DNA of 64,000 bases. Source: Raillietiella orientalis. Taxonomy: Eukaryota. The notes below the pieces were generated by a model. That model made no database searches and was not told where the DNA came from. It saw nothing but the letters and a program-made list of their open reading frames with translations. How positions within the stretch are numbered: the stretch's first letter is position 1; every line of letters begins with the position of its first letter. This document shows, piece after piece, positions 37,729 to 52,100 of the stretch. The position numbers and the translations under genes are program-made. Location: the NCBI GenBank assembly GCA_036172245.1, contig JAYWIR010000010.1, forward strand, positions 2,418,001-2,482,000, written 5' to 3'.

Positions 37729-40700
37729 TTAGTTCTCTTTTTTCATTTTCTGACTAGTCATACGGTAGATAAGTGAATCTCTACCAGGATCCAAATTGAT
37801 GATTTCCACTGAAACATGAACCAATTATATTTGCTGAGAGAACTTAATTCTTTACTCACTTGAAATTGCTAAAACTGCAATTGACAAAGGAAGGCATGTC
37901 CACAAAATTAGATTGAAAATGACTGGAAAATTTTCTGAAACATCATCTGCTAAGTTTATCTGCAATGATATGTAGGGGGAAGTAAATAGATTTGTGACTT
38001 ACAGTTTGATTGTTCTCTTCTGCTAATGAACGTACATTTCGGGAATGAATTTTAGGTGTAGTCAAAAGCATCAAAGAATTCTAAAACAAACCCAAATGTG
38101 TACAGCTTTCTATTGAAAACATAAAAAAATAGCATGACAAGAAATTATAATTGTTTTTTTAATGTACCTGAACCATATACTGTGAATGGCGCCTAGCTAC
38201 TGAAATAAGGCAATTTGTATGTTGAAAAAACACATATGATTTTGGCATGAAATGAGAAATCAAATGATAATATTCATAAAATAGAATTCTCGCAATGACT
38301 ACCTTACAGAATACTAAATTCGGTCAAAAAAACAAAAATTTTGTCATTTAAATCACACCATGTGACATTTTGAAATCAAAATAGTCTGCAACGAAATTAA
38401 ATAAAATAATACTCTCGATCTGAGAACATGGAAGTTCGAGATACCACTCAAATTAGTTTACATTAGGTATTTACCTGTTGCCAGTACTTATTGTTTAAAA
38501 TAACAGAAAGATCATGCAAGGTAGAGTCTACAACATGAGATATTAATTGACTTGGGATATGTTCTAATCCTTTTAACTTTATCCATAGGATATCTCCTGG
38601 AAACTCTTCCCAAACAATCTGTCAAAGAAAAAGAAGTTTCATGATCAAGGAACTTGATTCTCTTTACCTCCTTAAGTACTGCTAAAAAATCATTAGATGA
38701 ACAGCTGTGATCTGATGTCATCTTTAGTGCATTCTCATCATCATTCAAACAGGAAGCATTAACAAACACCTTGGAAAAAAATTCAAAATATCAATCCTAA
38801 AGTATTCTGCATCTTAACAGTTTGCAAGTGGAAATTATTCCTGGAAAAAGCGTAGCATATAATATTACTAAAGCAAAACAAGAAATCAGTTCTAAGGTAT
38901 TTATTTATACATGGGCAAAAAAGCAATAAATAAAACTGAACTAAATACATAAAATTTATGAAGATGATTTGGAAATTAAGCAATACACAAACTTGTACCT
39001 AAACGAGATATTATAATTTCGCAGTGATTGTTTTCAGATTGTTCAAAAATAAGTATTTACATACACACCAGAGCACCATGAAAGCACTCAACCTGATGAA
39101 AATAATTGCCATGTATTTTACACAACAGAAACATAATAGAAACTACTTCAAAAAAGACCCACATAAATACAACAAATTAAACTGGGCATCCCATGCTGCA
39201 AGATGAAGAAATGTCTACTATTTAATGAATGTATGAATGAATAACAAATGAGAAACTTAACATGCAAAATTATAAGTTTAAATTTGATGGAATCAAATTC
39301 AAACTTACAATTTTTGTTATCTCTTAGTTAGCATAATAAAAGAAAGAAAAAGCAACACTGATGCCAAAGCAAATTGCAACAAAGTTAATTTTTTTTAAAT
39401 ATGAATTTGCTTTAATATGGTGGTGAGCAATCTTTCAATAAGTTTGAATTTCTATGCCTCTACATTTATTTGAACTGTCACAATGAGCAGTACCCCAAAA
39501 GCAATTTAATTCCCTAAATGGAAAAAATCAGGTTTTGAGAATTTTCCAAACACCAAATATGAAAGTCTGTTGTAAACACATACAACTAAAATGCACATGT
39601 TTTAATGCAACAAAAACCACATGCAATCTTTTGCAATTCTATTGCATCACCAAAGGTATGTCTTTGATATAACTTGGATCTGAATTTCAGCAAACATGAT
39701 ATAAGAATGGCCATTGAAATGTAATAAGTAGCAAAACACAAAGTGATCAATTGCCACATCCCTGAAAATTTTCAAATGTAATTAAAAATGCAAGAAACAC
39801 ATGCATCCTGTTCACAATTACTTTCAAATTAGAATTTACAGGAAATTTTAAAACTGTTTAGTGTTTTGTTCTGTGCATTCTATAAAACACATCCTTTTTT
39901 AACACCTGCTGCTGTTTTTAAAAGATGAATTAAAGTTTTTAAAATCTGAGAATCAGTCATTTCCTTCAATTACTACTGTTTATTTCTCTCAGCACAATAA
40001 TTCAGCAAACAAAAATACAATCTGTATCTGTTGGATAAACAGAATTCTATCTTTGGAACATTGAGTGTTGTTTTTCCAAACTTCAAAGGAGTATTTAGAA
40101 AAGGAGAGAGTATTTAGAAATGACATTTTAAGAAATAATAAATAAAACGTAAACAATTAAGAAACTGAAAATCACATAACAATCATCAATTTGCGATGAA
40201 TAAAAGCACTTGTCACACCATATGAACATAAAGAAGGCATATGAAGAAACATTTAGAAACAAATACATACAGAAAGACATACAGAGTAGTATTAAGAAAA
40301 GGGTGCATTCTCTAAATACCTATTATAAACGACATTTTAAGATATAAATGAAAATCTTTGTACTCATGAATGTGGACCAGGCATTATAAAGTTCATCATC
40401 CATTTATATACTTACGTCTCTGGGAAAATTTATTTCGTTGATATAGTCTTGGAGTTGATGGTTGGAAAGAACTTTTTCCCGTAAATAATCACTAAATGTC
40501 ACCTCATTGAAGTCACTTATTCTATAGAACTTTCTATTAATATCAAAATACTCGCTTTCAAGTTCCACTAGAACAATCTTCTTGACATATTTGAATGGAT
40601 TCAAAATTAAGCACCTATTATGTAGTAGTGCCTATAAAATATAAGAATTAAATGGTTGCACTCTCCACTTCCCAAGATTCACCATTATCAAATACCTTTT

Positions 40701-40976
40701 TGGGTGTAGATCCCATAAGAATATCAATAATACCTTCCAGATCCTGCTGTGATGAAAACTCGGGCAGATTTACGAAATTATTTTCTGGTAGCGTATAAAA
40801 TGACAACAGATAGTTTCCTAGTTTAGAAAATTTACATTAGCACATGATAAATTCGTTCTTCCTATCTGCGCAATGTTACATGATGACATTAAAACAATTC
40901 AAACAACATGATGACACTAAATACCTTCTGTTAAAGATAAACACACGGGGAAAACAATCAGGAAATAGGATTTCAT
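37729..40976 (-). CDS. ATP6AP2: V-ATPase accessory protein 2 / (pro)renin receptor, 8 exons, about 297 aa
   Basis: Exons 40976-40925, 40817-40696, 40631-40416, 38769-38668, 38618-38475, 38080-38003, 37959-37860, 37808-37729 join in frame. Signal peptide MKSYFLIVFPVCLSLT, furin-type RNVR site, TM segment FPVIFNLILW and tail NLDPGRDSLIYRMTSQKMKKEN. Confidence 0.92.
39400..40100 (-). mobile_element. RTE-like RT fragment in ATP6AP2 intron 3
   Basis: TDCIFVC*II and AGVKKGCVL (cf. TxDxIF, GVRQGCVLSP). Confidence 0.4.
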
Positions 40977-41199
40977 GTTATTTATTTTTCTCAAGAATGG
41001 TGTAAATTTCGCATCTAAAACATAATGCAATGTCCTTAAGACGGTACTAGCTCAAAATCTAAAACAGAACAGAAAACATCAGATTCTCATCGTTGGATTC
41101 CATAACCTACATTATACAAATCAAATTGAAACAGGAATGCCGTATTGACATTTATAATTTGCCAAAGAATAAACGAGTACAATAAACAATCACAAGCAT

Positions 41200-44100
41200 T
41201 ATACAGTACGTTTGGATTTCAATTCCCTGCACCTTACGTTGCCTTATATTGCAAACCTTGGTAATCTCGTAGAAACCACACACCGACAGTCTTCACCGTT
41301 TTAATATTGGATGAAGTGAACCCCTCCACTTCAATGGTTTGAAAAGTAATGAGCTTTGATTTTGTCGACAAGCATAAAAAGTCTCGCAAGGAAACTACTA
41401 ATTGGAGCACATTTTCCATGAAATGGAAAACCTCTGCTTCTCATTGCCCGCGAGCCTTCCGTGATACAAGGAATTTCTCTTTCTTGCAAAATCCTAACAG
41501 CCTTCCATTTTGAAAAATATCAAGAAAACTAATATCCTATTGACATCAACGTCCTACTACAAGCCTTTTTTCCCTCTCTCTCAACTGTTTTTTAGCAAGC
41601 TTTCCGAAAACCATGCTAAAAATTATTTCGACACCACCTTTTCCTGTAGTGAAATTTCCTGCAGTTTTAGTCCAGGGATTCGCCTACTTATCAATATTTT
41701 ACTAAAACTAACAACACGATCTTACATTTGCCCAATTTGAAATTTTTTAGCACACGCGAACTTATTCACCTCGAAATAAGTATTGAAGATCTGACAATCC
41801 ACATCGGATCCATCGAAACTAGATCAATGCAATACAAGAATTCATTAGCATATCGAAGATAGTATTGCATTCCTTATAGCTACCAGTGATTACTGATAAT
41901 ATTATGTTTTCCCTTTCCTTTATTTATTCCACATTCACAATTTCTGAATGAAGTTTATGGTAATGACCATATGAGCACTTTTCAAATGAATTTTGAATAT
42001 CCAGGAATCGTTAAAAGTCCAAAGTTGTTCACCTTTAGGATCCTTCGAATGACAAATCTCCTTTCAGAATACCACTCGCAGATCGACACCGTAAAAGTGC
42101 TGAAAAGTGGATGACACTTAAAAATGAAGTACTTATTTTGATTAGAGGAACTCCAAATGCGAATTACGAAACACACATCTTTCGTTTGGGAGTTATCTCC
42201 AAACGAAAGATGTGTTGTTGCGTAGGAAAGATTTCTTGATAAGCATCCCAAATACTAACACCGTCATAGGATCATTTTTATGAATATCTCCTCTGCACAT
42301 ATTCTTATAAATTAATGATGTTATTTTAGAAATTTCAGGTCATTTCGGTTTGGATCGTTATTAAGCTTGATTGTTTGCTTTGAAGTGTAGAGTAATGTTG
42401 ACGGCCATTCAGAAACCAATAACTCAATAGACGGGTCCATGCTGCCTACACTGCAATTTTTCAAGGTACATAGAGTTCTCAGATTTTTCTCTTTGCACTG
42501 AATTGTAATTCAAATTTTGGAGACTTATTTTTAAACCAAAAGAACAAAGCTTCTAACAGTTCCACTTCCGAAAAGAAAGATCTGTATTCTACACCTTAAA
42601 TAAAATTAACCTGTGCACGAATTTCCAAAACATGAAGGAACGGTTTAAGAAATAAAAAAAAAAAAGCACTTAAGGAATTGAATTTCAATTTGCAGCGATT
42701 TTTAAATTACTTATGGAGCCTTGGAAATAAAATGTCTTCCTGATTAAAATAGATTTGAGCGTTTTAGCGTCATCACAAAAAATCTGCATTGTGATCAAGT
42801 GTGCTGCGAGCATAGAAATTCTCCCCCGGAATTCTATGAATCCATTAGTCAAGTGAAGTGCAAGAATACTTATTTTACCAATAATCCTAGCATGTAACAA
42901 TCCAAGTATTGTTGTCGGAATGTTAGGTATGCTTTCAAGTACAAATTACATTCACATGAATATCACTAAGCTGAAGAATTGACTTTTTTGTTTTCTAGCT
43001 ATGCTGAAGTCAAATGTAAGCATTTGAGATAGTGAAGATATATCTAATTTTGTTGCTGAATCACATTGCATGCAAGGATTTGCTCTCATCTGTGTGACAA
43101 CATAAATTTGCTGCTCAAAGAAGCTCTAACCTGAAACACAGAAGCCATTCAAGCTAGAAAAGGAATTGGAATTCCTACCCTACTAGCTGAAACAAAAATT
43201 TTCATTTTAAGCAGCCGCATACTATATACTTGCGTAGAAAGAACGATTTTTCCGTGCACACCTATATTCATTTTTCCGATGCTTTTTCAACTCATTTCAG
43301 AAAATACATTTTTCAAATATGTGATAACAAATCTTCAAAAGCTTTCAATTAAACGAAAAAAATTGAAACTTCAGAAACGCGGGAATAAATTTTAAGAATA
43401 ATAGTAAATCCTAAGCTAAAGTTAAATGAGTTTTTAAAAAAAGTTAACATTTGAATGCAGGCATAGACAAGCTCACTTGACAATTTAGTTTATACAGCTT
43501 CCCAAAATGTAGATGAAGTTTGGAGTTTTTGAAGGTAATAATGAAGACGTAAAATTTCAGTACTATGTTGACCATTAAAGAAACTAGCAATGCGACGAAT
43601 TTGAAAATAGACAAGGTAGTAACCTGTGTTGTTTCTTTGTGAAAATAAAGAACACGGGCTTGATGCAAAACATAAGTATACTTGAAAAGATCAGCTTGCA
43701 AAGACCTCATCATAGTTTGTCAATTTTCTGGATACCTTGTAAAAAAAATAAAATCTTAAGATACTATAATGAATCATGTATTTGTAAATGCCCGACTCAT
43801 CAATCATGTATAGCTGTATAATAAAATGCTGATGAATTTATAGCTTTATTTTTATTAAAATAATTCAATCTTTAGAAGCAAATGATACACTGGCGAAAAT
43901 ATATTCAAATAAAATACAACTGTACTATGACATCTTTCATTCTTCCTTGATGTAAACTTGACAGTCAGTAACTTGGTACAGAGAGCGCGGAATGAAATTG
44001 ATCATGGGAAAAATTTAAGGCTTTGTATTTATGAGCTTGAAACCTTTCAGATCCATCTCGTATAAAGGCTTTTCTTGAAATTCCAATATTTCATAGACGA

Positions 44101-44250
44101 ATCATTTTTTTTCGAGATGGAGAAATTACGAAAATCTTGTGTTCTCTAGCTATTCGTTCCAGAAGATTAAAGGATAAATATAAATTAAGAATAAGTTTGA
44201 AAAATTGCTTTTCTTTCATCCCCACAATAACGTGATAAAAGTCTTTTGTA
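41200..44250 (-). mobile_element. Cluster of BEL/Pao fragments (integrase about 43250-44250; gag/protease about 41950-43150; second gag about 41200-41850)
   Basis: LHQARV..LKFYVFIITF..KLHLHF (integrase); FFEQQ..ANP..DSATKLD and FDGSDVDCQIFNTYFE (DUF1759 gag-like); HLSFGDNSQTKDVCFVIRIWSSSNQ (DUF1758 protease region). Confidence 0.45.
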
Positions 44251-45121
44251 TAAACATAGCATTGTAAATATGTACAGGAGTACCTTATTTAATATTTTTC
44301 TGATGGTTTTCACATATACGTGTATCGTTATATATCCTGTCCGTCTATGCTTGCATGCAAATGTATCCATGGATTTCGGATATTCCGTTGTGAATATGAC
44401 ATGAGTGATTGTGATAATTATAGTTATCATGAACTTGTTATGCACAGCAAGTGTTTGTATATATAAAATCCATTATATATGTATATAGCGTGTATATTTG
44501 CAACGCAAGTGGTGTGTCATTGGAGATGCTCATTTTTGTAAAAGGTGTACACCATAATAAATAATTTAAATAATGAATTAACTTCTCGTTATTAAAAAAT
44601 TTTCAACTTCATTCTCATTTTATTTTCTATTCTGCTGTTTCTTTTTTGTAGTTTGTGTAAAACTTGCAAAGAATATTTAAATATCGGCATCTTGTCGACG
44701 AACACATTCCTTTTGAGTACATATCTTTGTATGTGAACATATGTTTATTGATATACCTACATGTATTCACATATATACCTATATATACTTATATGTATGT
44801 ATGTATGATTTTATAATAGCTTCTTCATCATAATTCTATCTCGTCTTCGTTATACGAATTTTTTTATTAATGAGGCAATGCTTATATACAAGCTAATTGA
44901 CTTTTAATTAAAAGTATGAATGTTTTTTTAATACTAACAAGGTTTTAATAAAGCAAGTTTCAATTTAATGTAGTATATAATTTCTATTCTGTTAATAATT
45001 TAACGAATATTTAAATATTTGCAATTTAATACATAAAATGAACTCTGGGTAAGTTATCAATTTCGTCATCAACATTGGAAGCCGAATATTTCTTGTGCAG
45101 AATTCCCCGGTGTGAGGCAAG

Positions 45122-48100
45122 ATGGATGAGCTAGTTGTTGAAGTAATTGGCGAATTTGGAGAATATTACAAAGTAAGTATTCTCCTTTTTAATTTTTGCT
45201 GATATTAATGAAGTTTTGTTTGCGTTTTGTAGTCGTTGTCAAATTTTAATTTCTAACCACGAAAATATGTGTGCTCATTTAGAGATTGAATGGATTTAAT
45301 GTTATGGTTACACATGTTCGAACTGCAAATTCTTAATAGTGTATCGAATGCATTTGTCCTTCTGTACTAAAATCTATAAATTGGAATCATGATACAAGAA
45401 TCTAGAATGTCATCAGTGTAATTATTAATGCATTTAAATTTACTGTGTAAGGATATCGAGATTTTTAAATTAATTTGATAATTTTGTTTGTATTCGTGTA
45501 TTAGTTTTCTATTTTAGTAATTATTTGGACTTCCCGGTGATTGTTGCAACTGTAATTTATTTCTCACTTGCTCTAGAATAGATTCAAATTGAAACCGTTT
45601 GTGTGCAGTGCAAAAAATTAACTGTTTCTTACGGTATCGTACGTAAGTGCCCATGTTGTTACTCCCACCCCGTTAATTTGCTAATGATTATTTTTTCATT
45701 GATATTGTCAGCTTAAAGCTTTGTAAGGTTTTCATTATTTGATCGGGTAGATAATTCGTATCTTATTAATTCCAATTAATTTAATTTGGCATCTCAAAAT
45801 AATTTGAATTTTTAGGCAACTGTAACCGATATTTTAGATGAGGAAGTTGCTGTTGTATTTGAGAATGAGTAAGTGTTATTTTCATCAATTGAACTCTCAA
45901 ATATGATTTTTATTAAGTTGGAAACCAGAAACAAGGTTTCCATTCTCAAAAGTACGCTTGCCTTCACACATTAAAATGGAATATGCAACTGGTCAGGAAG
46001 TAGAAGCTTTTGTACCAGTTTCCAATTCGGAAGAGGGTCCATGTGCTTGGGTGAAAGCAAACATAAGTGTATGTGAACATTAGAAACTTTTGAAAATAAG
46101 TGTATAAGTATGGTATTTTTATTATATTAATTTTGCATATGGAAGCAGCCCCTCACTACTCAAGGAAATGGATGAATTTCTTTGCCTAGAACTTTCATAT
46201 GTTGTACATAAAGCTTTTCAGTTTATTACTATGTGATTAGTGGTTCCGTAAAGGACTTGCTTTAGTGTTAATGCCATATACTTAGTACCTTTTATAATTG
46301 AATGATGCATTAAATTGTAGTATAGTTTGATGCAATGAATATAAGGAAACTAAGTACATTGAATTTATAGCTTTATTTTTATTAAATTGGAACAGGACAA
46401 TTTTTAAGAATAATCACCAAGAACTTAGATCAGAATAATACAGACTTAGAAAAGAAAAATGCATGAATAATGAAGGCTGGTTTCAAAGCTTTTTAGTTAA
46501 AAAATGGAGTGCAGGTACTTACAAAAGTGTTTAAGCAAGAAGATCATGCATATCCAGGAATACATTTCATCTGTATGAAATCTGGTTAAACAAGTAACAA
46601 ATAAATAATCAGACAATATTTAAAATAATTTCTTTGTGAAAGAAGCAACTTGAATTTTGTTTTTCTTTTGAATTTTAGTTTAGCAGATGTATTGATTGTG
46701 TTAAAGTAGAAGAAACTTTGCATAAAGAAATTCTGCTGTTTTTTCTAAATTCATATTTTTATAAGGTTTTTTTTATGTTAGATTTTAGATTTTCCAGTTT
46801 TTTTTGTAATTCATTGATACACTCATGAATAACGTATGTGCATTTACATTAATTCATCTGATAATTTAAATATATGTTGCAATTTTTATGTTTAGAAAGT
46901 TGCCTTTCCTTTGTTTGTGGTTGAGTTTAAATTGGGAGAAGCAATCAAAACAGATGTAGTAACATCCGAAAAACTGAGATTGCCTAATACAAATTCACCA
47001 ATAAACCGAGAAACGTTTTTAAAATTTGAGCTCAATATTCCTGAAGATCTCAGAGAATAGTAAGATACAAAAGCTAAATGTTTGGTGTGATTGTGTGTGT
47101 GTGTGTCTGCAGTATTTTGGGATGGGGTAACTATCTAATTGATGTTTAATGACAATGGTGAATGATCTTGCTGGGTGATGTTTGCATATGATAAAAAAAA
47201 AATTCCAACCAGTCTATTGAAATATTTCAGTTCCAAACTAGAAAATGCTCATAAAGATTTGAAGATTTTTACAAAAGCAATATTATGTAAATATGATGAG
47301 GACAGAGGAATGTTAAATATCTATGTAAGTATTCTGAGCTTATGAATTGATGTATATTACTACCTAGTTTATCCAGTCAAACTCGGACCAAACAATGAAA
47401 CTGGTGAATATGCTGAGTGAAATGCATTTTCGGAACCTCCGCCAAAAGCTGGTCTACATAAATCGAACTGCTGAAGCAACCAGACATCTGGAATCATCCA
47501 AATTACATAATGATGGGTAAAGGTAATGGTCTTGTAAGATTAATTGTGAAAAATTCTTTTAGATATGTGGAACACTTTAGTGTAAGGCCAGACTTAATGG
47601 GTTTAGCCATTGGTTCACATGGTGCTAATATCCAGCAAGCAAGAAAAGTAGATGGTGTACTTAATATTGATTTGGAGGAAAATACTTGTACATTTAAAAT
47701 ATATGGAGAGGTAAGCAAGTGGTTCATTCCATTTTTAACAAGGCAGTTAGAATGAGCAAGCAGTAAAAAAGGCAAGAAGTATCTTAGAATATGGGGAAGA
47801 TATGGTTCAGGTGCCTCGGCCATTGGTTGGTAAAGTGATTGGGAAAAACGGTAGGATTATTCAAGAAATAGTTGATAAAAGTGGCGTGGTAAGACATATG
47901 GATGGATAATGATTCAGTGCAGAGCATGGCTTCTAAAATCAGGTACGAGTTAAAATAGAAGGAGACAATGAGCCGCAGCCAACTAGTCCGAGAGAAGAAG
48001 GACAAACTCCATTTGTATTTGTTGGAACAGTCGAAACTCTCAATAATGCGAAATTATTGCTTCAATTCCACCTGGATCATTTGAAAGAATTAGATTCACT

Positions 48101-49049
48101 ACGTCAACAGAATATTGAACTGAACCAGAAGTTAAGGAATATAGGCAGTGGTTCCAGCAGTGGACAGACAAATAATTATCCTTCTGTGAGGCGCAATGAA
48201 AGGTACACAAATATTACTTATGAGAAGCAAATATGTGAGTTCCTTTCAGAGGATACAATTCTGATGTAGAAGGTGGAGGGAGAGGGAGGGGTGGACCTCC
48301 TAGAGGAAGAGGAGGTCGAGGAAGAGGTCGCTTTAATGATTCTCGTTATGCAGGTAATTATTTTTAATTTGTAAATAACAGCTGGTTCTAGGAATTTATC
48401 TGGTAGTCGAGCAAGGTGTATTGCAAAGAGCTCAGCGGGAACTGACTATATATTTGCATCCTTAGTTTTGGCACATATTTGTGAATTATGTCCATTTCAG
48501 ATGGTCACAATCAACATAACTATTCAGACAGAGGGGCTCCAAGGTATAATATGAAAACAGAATCTCCATGGCAAGGTCAAGACAGTGCTGGTAGATATGA
48601 AGATAGGCGCAGAGTGGCAGATGAAGATGATCATTTACTCGATAGTCATGATGCCTCTAGCGTAGCAAGCTTAGATCAAGGTGAAGGAGCATTCTCTCTT
48701 AGAAAAAGTCCATTTGACACTGTTCCTGTAGATTCCTGTTCAAGCATGGAAAATACGGGTCGCAGCAGACATCCTCTGCGCAGACACAGATCTTCTCATC
48801 GCAATAATACACCTCATGGAGATGGACCTCTTTGTGATGACACAGATGGTAAGCTACGATAGCAAAAGATTAACAATCATTATTACTACATTCACTGTTG
48901 CAGTCAATTCAAATAGTACATCTGTTGGGAAGCATGATTCCAATCCAATCCAAGAAAACCGCATTCGAAGCAATAAATTAGCACCAGCGTCCAGATTATC
49001 TGGCCAAAAATCCAAGCACTCTCACATGATGAATGGAGCACCCTCATAA
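45122..49049 (+). CDS. FMR1: Fragile X messenger ribonucleoprotein homolog (2 Agenet, KH0, KH1, KH2, RGG), 13 exons
   Basis: Exons 45122-45172, 45816-45868, 45918-46068, 46896-47059, 47231-47324, 47377-47516, 47563-47710, 47751-47888, 47943-48202, 48250-48353, 48501-48680, 48732-48848, 48904-49049 join in frame. Motifs: [73 protein letters not shown]. Confidence 0.96.
46130..46460 (+). mobile_element. Possible Tc1/mariner-superfamily transposase scrap in FMR1 intron 3
   Basis: [16 protein letters not shown] resembles QQDGAPPHYxxxVxxF. A single motif only. Confidence 0.3.
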
Positions 49050-49599
49050 TCCATCGTTTGAAAGATTTCTTCCTTTTTCCCATTCTTGCATGAGCTCAGC
49101 AGTGAATGTACATACATCATTTTGTGTTACGCGTTTTTCTACTGTTCAACAAACTTTTGCTTTTCTATTGTTAATCCTTTTGTTCAGTAATCTATAAATG
49201 TTTGGATGTCAAACATAACACGTAACTCAATCTTCATGTTATGCTTCCTATATTTGACATCTCAATATCATTGAATCTCGTGCCTTAAAAGGGAAGAGAA
49301 AAAAGGTATCGAAATTGCCTTTATGCATAAAAGTAGTCTGTTGTTTTTGAATTGTGGATCCTGGTTGCTCCATACACACATAGGTCCTCAAGACTCAAAG
49401 GCCTCAAATGTCTCGAGGCATTATCGAGATCTTGCATCGAGCTCTTTTTTGACATCCTTTCTACTACAGGCTGGTCATTGTTTTGCCAACCTGCTCCTCT
49501 GTTGAGTGGTGTTCTCCCATGCTGCATAGGTCTGCAATGCGTTCATGCTTGTTCTAGCAAATGTTCGCTCAGATCCTAGTTTAGCACCATCTTGAGCAT

Positions 49600-50200
49600 C
49601 AATAAAAGATGAAGTACACAGGACTCTTTGTTTATTTTGCATTTTTAGATGCTACATTTATAGTTACACTTAGATACCAATTCAAGGGCCCTTCCTGGTG
49701 GCACATTCTGCAAGGATTGTATACTAGTACTTACAGATATGCACTGTGAAAGCAGTTACTGTGGACAATGCATGAAGTGATTCTCTAATTAATGAAAACA
49801 CCTTCTCTACCATGAAGACAACTTCCAACTTGATCTCCATGAGTTACATTATGGCAACAGTTTTTTTTTTTCTTTTGCAAATAATGTTGAGTCTCAATGT
49901 GAACCTGTGAGTATACCCCATGAGTGCAAATCCCCAGGTTACTGTCAGACCAAAACTAGAAATTATGACTAATGAATTACATAGCAAAAACATTGATGCA
50001 GATGCAGCAAGAGTCCAAAATAAACTTGGTAGACAACGATCAAAGATTTGTGATACAATCAGCTACAGATATTTAAGAGTTGTTATGACTTGGAATAATT
50101 GGACAATTTTTAGGAGGAGTATGCAAGTGTACATCCTGAATTGTTTTCTAGAGGCATTATAAGTGGGGGTTGTATCCAGTGCTCCTTAATGTGAATCACA
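49600..50200 (+). mobile_element. Possible RTE-like LINE fragment
   Basis: SRALPGG (cf. RAYPGAD) and DTISYRYLRVVMTWNN (cf. FKYLGSxxT). Confidence 0.3.
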
Positions 50201-50429
50201 CAAACTCATACCACTGCTAGATACCTTCAATAATGTGACCTCGTCTTCGAAATGTCCTCTCCAAAGTGTTTCTCTGGCTCCTTGCTTACCAACTGAACAA
50301 GAGAGTATAAGAACAGCTACATGAAATGCCACAGGTGAATTTTCAACATTCTAGAGCTTTCTTTTATCTATACTATTAAATGTTTCCTGTTTTTTTTTTT
50401 TTCGACTAGAAATATTTTTTCTTTCCCTA

Positions 50430-52100
50430 AGCATGCGCAACCCATTTCAAATAATTGCAGAGCAAAGATTTCCTCACCATTCCAGTTGCCTTCAGAAAAA
50501 GCACATCCTTTCAAAGAACATGTATTGGGAAAACCTCTAGCAGCTTCCACTGTTTCCCACAGCTCAATTCAAAAGATGTTTCTTTCGAATTACTTGGAAG
50601 TACTGCTTCCGGGGCTCTGAAAAAATGCTTTGCTAGCCAAATTTTGTATTCCAGAACATCCAGCGTAAATGACCCATGTTTAGGTATCAGCGCATTCCTG
50701 CTAGCACATTCCTTTTGAATACAAGTGTCTTCACGAATAGTGTAAAGAATTACGACCTATAGTCAAAGATACACATTCTATTACGTCACCCTACAGGCAC
50801 ACAATCCTGTCGAGTTATTATTTTGCAGTTGTCTCAAGCATTTCGAGAAAAACACTAGGGAGCATAATGATTTCAGACATCAACCATCTTCAGGAATCCT
50901 GTTTTGATTTCGTTTCGTTGAAACTGAGGACAGCGTGAGATAGTTGGTCTACTTTGAGAAGCAACCTATTTTAAATCGAGATTGATTTACGAATACCACC
51001 GATTAGTGTATTCATTGCAAAATGAGGTTTAAATTGCTCAGAAATTTGCCATATTCTGCAAACTGATAGACATAAGATTATGACTTTCTTTTCTTCACGA
51101 AAGGATTCCTGTTCTCCAGGCTGCTAAATCATTTTCCAGTGACTCATGTATGATTTTGATCTGAATGAGTCTATCGAAATCCTTACTTAGATATTCTTTT
51201 AGGAAAATCAAGGGTGACTCTTTCTTTGCAAAATTTTAAAATTAAACTGGTAAAGAAATGTTGACCAATTTAATTTCAAACCGCATTTAGAACATGGCAC
51301 AAAAGTAGACTCCAGGAAAAAAAAGTTCATGAACCGTATTAGAATTACGCTTCGGATTTTAATTTTATGTAACAACATATAAATTTCTCTTGAATATTGC
51401 TTTTGTATTTGCAGAATAGTTCCGCTAACTTCCGTTTGAATCTAATTTGACAATTACTCTGCTCTGAACCTACTATCCAGAATCTAAGAGAAGGAAATGG
51501 AGACAAAATACATTAATTTCTGTGGATCTTTGCAATGGAGCAGAAGAGATTCTTGAACAAAAGACTATTTTAATGAGAGATTCTTACAGTTTGATCATGC
51601 TCATATTATGGCTTATTCCAATGAACGGTTTGCAATAAGGCAGAAGTTCCAGAATTCGATTTGAAACTCAGAAATTAGTAGTTCATTTGAGTTAATATAG
51701 CAGTAGAACAAAACCAATGAGAACTTGCTACAGGCTAACGTTCTTAAGAAATGAGATGTTTTATAATGAAAGTTAATAAATGAAATACATGGCCTGTTGG
51801 TTTCTACTGGAATGACAACTGGATTCCAAATACGTGGACAAATGTAGATCTGTAGGCATTATAGGTAATCGATGTAGATGCTTCAAAAGAAATATTACAG
51901 AGAATTGAAAAAATGTCTTAAGTTCCCTAAGACCGCTCCTAAAGCTGTCAACAGAAAGACACTGATTTGTTAAACACTAGCAACGACTACAGTGAATCAC
52001 TGTTGAACCTGAATCGGTGAATATTGAATACAAATCCCCTACATGAAAAGGAAAGACAATATTTTCATTGGTATTCAAAGGCATCGCCAACTGAAGTTAC
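50430..52100 (-). mobile_element. Decayed BEL/Pao pol relic
   Basis: In order: LSVDSFRSG (cf. FYVDDLxTG), VFGIQ (cf. VLGIQW), FLRTLA, FWIV..RKLAEL, QESFREE..LSNLNLIL, RKQYFQVIRKKH. Confidence 0.55.

Noticed and set aside
44720..44810. Short hairpin as a pre-miRNA candidate upstream of FMR1
   Set aside because: TA/CA low-complexity sequence is self-complementary by composition, and the stem is too short.
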